Shown here: positions 30,001 through 42,000 of the stretch, one piece after another
Layout: each line of letters opens with the position of its first letter
Position numbering within the stretch: position 1 is the first letter of the stretch
Origin: Enoplolaimus lenunculus
Taxonomy: Eukaryota
NCBI GenBank assembly: GCA_030248215.1
Contig: JASANG010000957.1
Coordinates: forward strand, 62,001 to 126,000
Reading direction: 5' to 3'
DNA length: 64,000 bases
Program-made: the position numbers and the translations under genes
The notes under the pieces: model-generated
Told to the model about the DNA's origin: nothing
The model's database searches: none
What the model saw: the letters and a program-made list of their open reading frames with translations, nothing else

Positions 30001-33000
30001 AAACAAACAGACATGTGGGAACACAGGTCTCTTTAGCGTCAGTCGACCCCCAGGGTGAATAATATAATGGGTTGTCAAACTGTGTAAACTCGACTAAAAC
30101 AGATTTTCTAGTTGATGCACTGTTGATTCTCGCTCGGTTCGGTTGAGACGCTTTTAGTATTAACATTGCGTTTAGTTTCTCGCTCGCATCGATCACAATG
30201 CATCGTTCATTTTTAGACAGATTCCACCCACGTCAAAAAAATATTTTTTGTTGATCCCACCCCTGACAAAAAACATGGGGTGACAAAGGGGCAATTCTGG
30301 TTTTGGTTTGGGTAGTGCGTCCCCTCGCCTGTTTGACTCCCGTAGAATAAATTCGTTTCTGTGCCACTGTATTGAAACATTACAAAATTTACAACAAAAT
30401 GTAGTGATCGAAAGAAATACGTAAATGGTCAGAGTCAAATACGATTGGACGGATTGAAAATTCGGAGCTCACAAGAAAAATGTACATTTGACTCTATTGG
30501 CCAATGTAAAGAACACGGGCGGAACAGTATTATAAGCATATTCCTAAGCCTAAACCGGGCAAGAAAGTCTAAAGCTTTACGCTTACTGTATTGCAGTCGC
30601 ACAGAAAAACGTTCCGCCTCTGATCTTTACATGGGTCGACATATTGAACAATAAGTATCGGAGTCGATTACTATCCAAAATCAATGCCTATGGTAACAAA
30701 CCTGATAATGGAGACATGAGGGGCGTATATTAATTGGCGGCGTTACTTAATAGCCTTGTTAGCCAAACTTTAAAAGTTATGAAAAAGCTTACAGTAAGCT
30801 GTTTTGGGGGGGGGCGGGCGTAAGCACTCACTTTAACCAGCAACAGCATAAAGCTATAATTGCAATAATAGAACCAACTGCAATAACGCATGCCAAAACA
30901 ACAAGCGCGATTTGTGCTGCTGAAAATATAAATTGAGTCAAATATAACCGTGTGTTCTAATAGTTTCCAGTTCAAAATACAGGTATGCAGTACGAATATG
31001 TGAATCTACAAATATTCATCGAAATGACAACATCCTAAGCCTAAGCCTAAGCATAAAGCTTAAACATAATCCTTTCCCTTAAGCATAAGTATGATGATGG
31101 ATTGCAAAATTGTCGACTCAACGAGAATACGGATCAATACAAGTTTCAATTGAGATTCGCGGGATACAATCCTGGTATTCGTCGCCGGGACAGCTTGTCG
31201 CTCGACAGTTGCCCGATCCAAAGACAACACATTATGCTAAGCGTAATCCTAAGCCTAAACCTAATTGTCGAGTATACAACATTTCGGGTTAATAGTTGTC
31301 GGTCGAAGAGTTGTTAGGCGACGAATTGTCGTGATACCATTTTTCTTCTCACCTGTCCAGTCAGACGCACTGACATCAAAATCAGACGTGCCACCGGTCG
31401 CGACACCGGAACCAGATCGTCCGTCTGAGCTTGTTGCACTTGGATCAGTGCGATATGCACCAATACTTGCAACTGAATAATAAGGTGCAAGTTCATCTTT
31501 AACTGCAGTAATTGCAGTCGTGTTACCAACGAGACCGCTGAAATAGAAATAAAGTTTATTTTAAGATATTTTTTTAAATTTTTAAGATATTTTTTAAATT
31601 TTTAAGATATTTTTTAAATTTTTAAGATATTTTTGTAAAGAGTTTTTTTTCAGTTGGTCAAAGATTTTTAAGTTTTTTAAAGATATTGTTTACATTTTTA
31701 TAAGGAATTTTTTAAATTTTTAAGAGATTTTTTAGTTGTTAAGAGAGCTTGTAAGGTTTTTTAGAGATTTTAAAGTTTTTTAAGAAGTGTTTTAACTTTT
31801 AATTTTTAAGATATTTTTTAAGTTTATAGGAGATTTTTAAGTGAACCTTTTCAAGAGATTCTTTTATGTTTTTAAGGGATTTTTAAGTTTTTGAGAAATC
31901 TTTTGAGAGTTTCAAGAGATTTTTTTAAACTTTTAACAGATTTTAAAATTTTTTAAGTTTTTAACAGATTTTTTAACTTTTTTAAGAAGAGGTCTTTGAA
32001 ACAATTTCAACTTCAACGTAAAATTTTGTTGTGTCGCTAGGAACCGAAATTTCTGGAAACGCTCGAAAAAACCACTTTTTACAAGATGCAGAATAGCCTG
32101 TAAAGATTAAAAAATTTCTCGCTCGGTAGACTCGTTCGCTAGAAAAACTTGTAGACTTGCTTATCGACCATTGGACCAAAATCCCGGTTGCACGCAAGGT
32201 TCAGTCCCCAACTCACTTGAATTCTGTCCGCAAATAAACCATGAACCGTAACATTATATATACCCTAGACTAGTGGCAGATCTAATGCCAAATATAGACT
32301 ACCCCACACACCTCGGGGGTGGGTCACCCTTAATAACACGCCTCATTCAGATTGATTTAACGTATCTTTAGACTCCGTCGAAAAGAATTCGATCAGAATT
32401 TCGGTGTCTTAGTACTATTCTCAAGATGATAAAATACTTTCAATCAACGCTTTATTGCACTCTTACCTGAGTTCAGTTCTCGTACAAATTTTGCGAGATC
32501 TTGGATTGATGAAATATAATGTGATACGAGACCTATAAAGCAAAACAAAGCATACAATTTAGGCCCAGGTTACTTTAAGGGGCGTCCAGGTTTCTGGTAG
32601 GTCCATAAAAGAGTAGGTTTAGATTATATTTTTTGCTTAGGCTTAGGAACACATTTTTGCAACGTTTAGGCTTAGGCATAGACTTTGGAATACGTTTCAC
32701 CTACTGTTAACACGCCCCTTAAAGTAACATTGACCAAATTTAGTGTATTATTTTACTGATCGGGAAACAATTTCATGCTAAACACTATGCGCTAAGCTAA
32801 GATTATATTTTGGAAGGCTAAATTGTGCTTTGGGAGCCTACATCTCCTAAATAACTTCTAGGGGCGCAAGTAGAAAACATTTTCTTTTCCCACGGTATTA
32901 TCTGAGCTAAAAAAATTACACACTATATATTTTCCCATGGTATTATCTGAGCTAAATAATTTCCCACATTTTTCCCATGGTATTATCTGAGCTAAAAAAT

Positions 33001-36000
33001 TTCCCACATTTTATTTTCCCATAGTATTTATTATCTGAGCTAAAAAAATTCCCACATTTTATTTTCCCATGGTATTATTCTGGCCGTAGCCAAGGGGAGG
33101 CGAGGGGTCTCAGCTCACTCTGGAAAAATTTTGGCCCCTAGAAGATTTTCAACCTTGCTTGTAAGTCATTGTAAAACCTTTAAATGCCCATCCTGAAAAA
33201 TTTTAGCCCCCCCACCTAGCAAGATGAGCTGGCTACGGGCCTGGTATTATCTGAGCTGAAAAATTTCCTACATTTTTTTATTGCCCCAAGGTATTAATCT
33301 CAGCTAGAAAATTTTCCAAGCTAGCGCAGCAAGCGATACAAATTTTTTATTCATAACAGCCCGTATTCTCAAATGTGTGTAACACCTATCACCAGTTTTG
33401 GTAATACCTCTTGTAATTTACGAACCAGTAAATGATGAGGCTCAAAACTCAGCACAATTTTCGCATATTATTTACTGTACACTGTAAATTTCAGCGAGTT
33501 GATTTAGGACTATCAGAACTCAGAATTTTAAGTTAATTCGATTCATTGTGAGTTAATTAACCGACTCACTCAGAGTCAACTCAACTCAGAGTGAGAATCA
33601 ACCCAACTCAGAGTGAGTTAACGTTTACTGATATTAATTCCGATATAACCAACTCGCTAGCTGAATTGATTAATCAACTCATTGGTATTTACAGTGTACT
33701 CGTGTAAGTACGAAATATCGAAATTTGAGTTCAACAAATGCAGTATTTATTGAGTTTGAAAAAATATAATTAAACTGACAATAGTTGCTATACACAATTG
33801 AGAATATGGACAAACGTCCGAAAGCGGAAACCAGAAATTTCGCCAAAATGTGCGTTGCCATGCAACAAAACCAGAACCAGTTTCGAATAACCACGAATAT
33901 GTTACATACTACAAATGCTGACACGGCATTGTATAATCATAAGCTTTGCAACAGTAGCAAAGGTTAACCGAACTGCGTTTGCCAAAAGTGCAAAATAATA
34001 CACAATGCGCAGTGTTTAACAATTACAACACGTATGCACAGTTCAAAATGTTCACATTTGGTTATTAATGGCACGTTTCGAAATCTAATGAAATTGTGGA
34101 CGTACCTTGCTCGAGCACCAGTAGTTGCATCAGTAATTTGTTCAGCACCGATCACTTGACACGGATTTGCATGGCGTTGAAGACTCCTAAAAATGTAAAA
34201 CTTGCCTAAGGCTATTTTAGCGAAACGATATCAGTATTTTAGATTTTGTCATTAGCTAAATTTCAATTTCATTGGTTCGGCAGCCAATGTATAGAACAGG
34301 GTCGTTACAGTAGTATAAACTTATTTCTCAGCCTAAATTTAAGTCTAAGTCGAAGCGTAAGCACTGTATATTCCAATGAGTTAAATAATCAACTCAGCTA
34401 GTGAGTTAGTTATTTCTGAGATAATAACAATAAGCATTAACTCACTCTAAGTTGAGCTCATTTTCACTCTCAGTTGGTATGATTCCGGGTGATTTGATCG
34501 GTTAACTCAGAATGAGGAGAATCAACTCACAAATGTGAGTTCTGATAGTCCTAATTCAGACTGAGTAATTCAACTCACTCTGAGTTAAAATCAACTCATT
34601 GCAATTTACAGTAAGAATAAAATTATATTTAACCCTTTCACTCATAGAGTATACTATGAACAACTAAATACAATGATGTACAAGCAATACACACTGCGAG
34701 CAGTGTTTAACATTTATATCATATATGCGCAGTGTAAACCCTTCACAAGACGTGAGAGCCCCCTCGGGCTCGAGCGACAAGCTCCTATAGCTCAGTGGTC
34801 ATCGTAAACGCCTCCCACCTGTGAGACTGGGGATCGAATCTTACCTTGAACTTACATCTCATATGAAATTGAAAATATTCATGTGAGAAAGGATTAAACA
34901 TAATCCTAAGCAATAAATAGTCTAAAGTTTACGCTTCCTGTATTGTAGTCCCGCATAAAAACGTTCCACCCCTGATCTTTACATGCGCCGGTTCGTCAAA
35001 AGTTACCGTGTCATTATAAATATTTTGAATTCGTCTACACAATAGCAATTGCCAGGGCCGAATCAGCTCGTGTATAAAGTTACCTGACTAAAGTTGGAAA
35101 CTTTGATAAAACTTCACTAATTTGAGCACCATTAATAATCATATCTACACGATTTTCGTCTTCAATTAAATTGACCTAAAAAGCAACTTTAAATATTGTA
35201 AAAAACAGCCAGTATTCAATATAATAATTGAGGAAGAATTTTTAGCTAAAAATTTGATTCTTTCTCAAGTTTATTCCAGTTGTAGATGCACTGCAAAAAA
35301 TGATGAGTCAAATTGACACTCTTCGAACAATTTCACTCAGACGGAGTCGAATTTTGGCTCAGTTTGTGTAGTCAAGAAAAGCCTATTTCGGAGAGAGTCA
35401 ATTTGACTCACCATTATTTGCAGTGTGTTTGCACAAGTTGACACAAACTGGTGTTTAGCGTTGCAACGATTTCATTTCGAGAGGGCATAGCAACATTTAA
35501 ATGTTTTCTGTGATCGAACGTAGCGAATGGGAAAGTTATCGACCTCAGCAGGAGGGGGTGGGGTATTTTACAGCAGGTTACAGTGCCGTTTTTGACTTTT
35601 ATCAAACATTGCGGTAAGACAAGTATATCTTGTCTAGTTACCTATGTATACAAATCTGTTTAAAAATAACTGATGAATCAAAATACTTATAATTCCTGGT
35701 TTTGTTTCAAAAACTATTTTTTCAGGTTCAAAATTATTTTCATCGCGTCAAAACAACTAAACTTGCCAGCAACCGGTCGACCCGATAAACATTCCTCATA
35801 AACCTATGACCGGCACCACTAATTCTATGCTTTAACTTTGGAGTCTTAAAACCACGCGTGCAATCGATAATACAGTAATCTGTCGCCGATTGGTTATAGA
35901 CTATCATATGATACTAGAATTTGAAATTCGATATTAATGAATTCTTATTGATCAGAACAGTTTTGACAACGTACTGACTGATTCAATGGTTTAGTGATAA

Positions 36001-39000
36001 CTTAACAATTATTTTGCTGAGAGGTTTACCTATTTATTATGTAATACTTAATTTTGCAATTAGAATTACTCAGCGCTTGTTGGTGTGTTCAAAGCCGGAA
36101 AATCTCGAGGACGAACACTTATAAAATAATCTGTCGCTGAGTGTTCAACGGTATTTATATCATATGATACTAAAATTTGAAATTTGCGTCTGTATTTTCT
36201 GAGCACTTATCGTCAGTTGGCCATAGGTCTGCGAACCACTGAGTGATGAGATTCAAAATTCAGCACATTTTTCGCATTAAAATGTCCTACTTGTGTGTAA
36301 AGTTGAAATTTTGCAATTGTACTACAGATTGAAAACCGATTGCTAAACTGGGTGATAGGTGCTACATACATTTGAGAATACGGTCATTGCATTTACTCAA
36401 TTTCAATTGGTTGAATCAGTTAATTAACCAGCAAATCAGCGTGCCAGTTGAGATGAACTTACAACAATTTGTCGTTGGCTGCTCAACGGTCTTTGCTGTC
36501 CTGCGGTTGGATTATCAGTTGCAACAGCTTCGATCAAAAAGTACGACAAACTACGATTCAGATGAACACTGTCAAGTCGAATACGATTGGATACTTCGCC
36601 AGTGGTGTTATCAATGGTAAAATACGCAGTGTCAGGTAGAATTTGAGCCAACGAATAGGTGATTATTGAATTTGGGCCTGCATCAGGATCAACAGCCTAA
36701 AATAAACACAAAACAGCTCAAATATGCAAAAAAATTTAAAGTCTAATCATTCTTTACCAAATATACACTGCAAAAAATGATAAGTCAAATTGACTGCCTC
36801 CGAAATAGGCTCTACGGGACTCCGCCAGAGTCACTTGTGCAACTCAGTGAGTTGAATTTGACTCTGCCGGAGTCGAATTTGACTCAGTTTGTGTAGTCCC
36901 GTGGAACCTATTTCGGAGTGAGTCAATTTGACTCACCATTTTTTTTGCAGTGCAGGTTAGCAAGCATTTAAACGAGTTTTGTACATACTGCACAATGCGA
37001 CAAGGTGTCGTACACCAACCACCGCCGTTTCGTACATCTTAAAGTTTACAAAAATTTAAAATCATACACTGCAAAACATGGTGAGTTAACTTGACTCTCT
37101 CCGAAATAGGCTTTTCCTGACTACACAAACTGAGTCAAAATTTGACTCCGCCTGAGAGTCAAATTGTTCGGAGACAGTCAATTTGACTCACCATTTTTTG
37201 CAGTGTATTTGAGTATTTACTTTAACCGAAAGCCAGCCTCGTGTGCCGCGTGGCGCATCGCTGGCCAAAGCACCAAAATATATTTCTTCAAACATTAAGT
37301 CTTTGTATAATTCAGGCATAACAAACTGCGGTGCGTTATCATTGATGTCCACAACGCTAACGTGAACATTTGACGTGGACGTTGACAGCGGTTGCCCGAG
37401 TGGATCTGAAATTTTTACAACAGAAAAATGATTCTGGAATAGAATTCTCGCCTCACATTGAATGTTAAGGATATTAGGCTTAGGCTAATAATCCTTAGCG
37501 TCAAGCAAACGCTTACACTCAAAATAATATTTCTATTTAAGAAAAAATTTCTTGCATTTGAGAAATATGATTAGCAAGGTGCACTTGAAAAGTATTTCTG
37601 TTATAACAGAAATGTTTTCAAAAAACGTTTTGAAACAAAGTCTGAAAATAAACGTTTTCCAGTTATTTTTAGAAAAATTGTCTTAAATATCAGCAAAACT
37701 TTTCTGATTTGCCACAGAAAACACTTTTCTGAATAAATTCAGAAATACTTTTTGTGTGTAGTCAAAGGCTTATGCTTAATCTTAAAATCATATGAAAACG
37801 TTTTATTTACCTAAGCCTAAAAGTAAGCTTAAGTGCGAAAATTCATTTGCCGAATTTTTTCTGCCTCAAATCCGAAACTGTTTGAGGTTTTGTAAAATTT
37901 GACTCATTTTTTGGGAAATTTAGATGTTGTCATTGTTGTGACAGTTAAATTCGATGTTGAGTTGACATTTATTTCTGTCCAGCAAAGGTAAAATGACGTT
38001 GGTCAGGGTTAACACTTGCAAATAGAGTATCGTTTGGCAAAATGACCTTATCCAGTTTACGTTTTGGATAACTTACCACTGAATGCTAATAGCTACAGTT
38101 ATTATGGTAATATAGACCCTGTACTAATAGTCACTATGTATGATAAACAAAGCATTAACAGTTTGTAAAATGTAAAATAATTCAAATTTCAAATTTTATA
38201 CTCACGTCAGTTTAAATTCAAATTAAAAATATGTCGTCAGGATGTAACTGGATTTGAAACAGTCATAACTGAAGCCGTAACCGCAGTCCAAATAAATTTA
38301 GCCGGTACCGTAATCGTGGGTGACGCAAAATTATGTAATAAAATTAATGTTAATCTGCCACGGCCGCACTAGCAACCGCCGTACCCGCCATCTGGAGGCC
38401 CCACCCTGATAAGAAATTTAAACAATAAATTTTGAATATTTGGTTCATCGTAAGGGGGTCGATTTTGAAGAGGCTCCAAGCTGGTCTGCTCCGGTCACTG
38501 TAATCTTCTATAATTTTAACAATATTCTATGAAATATTAAAACAAGAACTATATTAAAATTTCAAATTTGAAAAAAATCACCGAAATCACTTAAAATTGC
38601 ATCAAAGTGACAGCCCAGCTCGCTGAACGACACAACGTTTGTATTAAAAATACGCAAAATTTAAATATTAAAATTGCTGGATCCTCCGTCGAAAAAATCT
38701 GGCTTAGGCTTAGGCTTATCGAATCCCATGTCTCGGTTGTACGATTATGTTTTGCATATTTTGTATTTCGAACTTTTATTGATATTGTTTTTGAAAAGCT
38801 GTCCGCGATTATATTTTTAGTTGCCTATTTATTTTTTCCCACAATTAAAATTCGTGTTATTCTGAATAATGTATTTGGTCCATGTAAAGATCAGTGGCGA
38901 AACGTTTTTCTATGGGACTGCAATAGAGTAAACTTAAGCTTTAGACTAAATTTTTTGCTTGGCTTAGGCTTAGGCTTAGGAATACGCTCGTTCGTACGCT

Positions 39001-42000
39001 TCGGCTTAGGCTTAGGCTTAGGCTTAGTAATATGCTTACAATACTGTTCCGCGCCTGTTCTCTACATTGGTCATGTATTTTCTGAATATTTACGCCCATA
39101 AAAAGTTTTACAATCAGTAAATTTACACGTACTAATTCTTATTAACTTGTTCTGTTTCTGTGTTCAATATACGTATATGGGACGTTCCAGCTTTAATATG
39201 CAGAGACATAAAAAATAATAATAAACTTACTACTCAAAGACAGAACAGACACCGATACTGGAATATCGTAACTTGATACGTTTTCGCGATCCAAACTAAA
39301 TATTCGTAGCTCGCAATCGCCTTGATTTGTCAACACTGCTTTGAAAAGATCTGAAATTTACAAACATATTATGACGACACAATTATTCACCGCTAAAAAT
39401 GTTGAGTCAAATTAGCTATCTCCGAAATAGGCTTTTCCGAACTACACAAACTGAGTCAATACTCGCCTCCGCCAGAGTCAAATTCGACTCAATTAATTGC
39501 TTAGGGAGTCGAATTTGACTCTGGCAGAGACGAATTTGACTCAGGTTGTGTAGTCTGGAAAAGCCTATTTCGGAGAGAGTCAATTTGATTCACCATTTTT
39601 TGCAGTGTAGGAGTATAGCCATGATTCCATTTCGCAACGGTGTTAATATTTCTAGTAGGCGGTTTGTGCGCGTGAGAAAATGTTAAGAAAGTAAACAAAA
39701 TGTGTTTGACTTCTGGGTATAGAAAATTGTTCTTAAGCATGAAAAATATGATTTGTTTGTTTTTGGTTTCTAACAAATTCTGAAGGTAAATCGAACAAAA
39801 ATGAATATGGCAAATGGATTTATGCACCCGCCCACCGGGTCCATGTATAGAACAGGGTCCGGAACGTTTTTCTGTTGCACTGTAATAAAGTAAGTTCAAG
39901 CTTTACACTTTTTTCGCTTTAGGCTTAGGCGTAGGCTTAGGTATAAGCCCATCCTTACGCTTAGGCTTAGGCTTAGGCGTAGGCTTAGAAATATGTTTAT
40001 ACTATTGTTCCGGCCCTGTTCTATACATGAACCGCTTGCAGTATACACAGTCCGTCTGTGAAAACGGCATCTATAAATTTTGCTTTAGATTTAAAATTCG
40101 TTTAACTTGCAATTTGAAATTTCGTCTACTCGACAATTCATGGCTCATCAAGTGGCTTACAAATTTATAGTTCGACCTAGGCTTATAAAACTGACAGACG
40201 ACAAGCTATCACGCTTGTCGTTTGTCGTAGATTTCATACAAAATCGACACATTTTATTTTGTGCAAATTATAAATCTTAAAAGTTCATGCACAAATTTTG
40301 TGGATCAAAATTTTCAATTTAAATAAAAGAAGCCACTATTAAGCTTACTTTGAGGTACACCGCGGCGTTGACCAACTGAACATCTTAAATTGCGCGCATC
40401 TGCCGGTTTGTTTACCACAGGCAATACTTGAGCAGCGTATGGCGATACAGGACCTTCGGCAACCAGAATGCTATAACACAAAAATTACATAGCTAATAAA
40501 CAACAGAATCACAAATTTAAGATTAGTTTTAAAATTGTATGGTTGAAGCTTGTACAGTAAGACCATTTATGCTAAAACAAATTGATCGAAATTTTTGGCC
40601 CATGTAAAAAGAGCAGGGGCTGAACGTTTTTCTGTGGCACTAGGAAAGAATAAGTTTAAGCTTTAGACTAATGTTTTTTGCTTGGCTTAGGCTTAGGCTT
40701 AGGAATATGGTTATAATACTGTTCCGCCCCTGTTGTTTACATTGGTCAACTTTTTGATGACGGTCAACGCTTGCAAAATTAAAATATTTGCCGGTGCCAC
40801 AGGACGATTTCTTTCTACGGACAATTTCTCCTACTGGAGAAATTGTCCTGGGGCAGTTGTTTCAAAAATCGTTAAGGCCAATTTGGCGCCCCGTCCACGC
40901 TCGTAGCAAGCTCACCTTGTTGGGGTGGGCTAAAAAATTTCCAGGAGGGGCACACAAGCGTTTTCGTTGGCTTACAGGCAAGGTTGACAATTTTCTAGCG
41001 GGGGCGGGCCGAAATTTTTCCAGGTGAGGAAATCTGAGCTTCCCACACTCTTCATTCGAATACTCCAACACTGTAAATTCCAATGAGTTGATTAATCAAT
41101 TCAGCTAGCGATTTAGTTATTTCTGAATTAATATCAGAAAACATTAACTCACTCTGAGTTGAGTTGACTCTGGGTAAGTTGGTTAATTAACTCCAAAATG
41201 AGTTGGATCAATTCATAATTCTCAGTTCTGGTAAGCCTAACTGAGACTGAGTGATTCAATTAATTTTGAGTTAAAATCAACTCACTAAAATTTACAGTGT
41301 ACATACAAATATGTTTTTTATGATTATTTTCCATCACGAGTCTTGTGCTCCTTGTTTCTCGTACTAATTGTTCCCTTCCACACTGTGAGAAATCATATTT
41401 GTGCAAATGCCTTTTATATTACTGCACATTCAGGAGTAATTATATTATGCCATTTTTGGTTAGAAGCCTTAGCATATGCAATCGACACAGGGCAGGAACA
41501 AATATTCGCATCCGGGTTCGTTTCACGCTTCACCGGAAGCAGCACGCAACCGGAATAAAACATTTACCAAAACCGGGTTTGTGAGAACCGATCGAGGCAT
41601 TAACCGGAAGTCTTAATTCATAAAAATGCCACAGCGACCAAATTTTTCGTATTTGTAACTCATATTCTGTGTTGTCTCGCAGGTACTTTCGTCTATGCAA
41701 TATAAACTCAAACATGCTTAGTTATAGTTTTTCCAGCTGAGTGCAGACTTTCTTTTCATGTTTTCAACTAGTATATATAAATAAATGAATAAATATATAA
41801 ATAAATGAATAAATATATTAATAAATAAATATATATAAATAAATATATAAATAAATAAATAAATATATAAATAAATGTATATATAAATAAATAAATATAT
41901 AAATAAATAAATAAATATATGTAAATAAATAAATATATAAATATATAAAAATATATATCATGATTTTATCCCCACGAATTAATAAATAAATATATAAATA

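Noticed and set aside
28163..30196. ORFs MSVCLSFTETCVPTCLF... and CRISPR-like appearance
   Set aside because: Translations of the 41-bp satellite; no spacers
35007..35034. 28-nt cadherin microexon after a 49-nt intron
   Set aside because: Has AG/GT ends but breaks phase; 35084 splices in frame directly to 34186
38607..39101. ORFs with LGLGLG/LRLRL/LSLSL runs (also 19188, 53217, 60875)
   Set aside because: Translations of (TTAGGC)n inside MITEs
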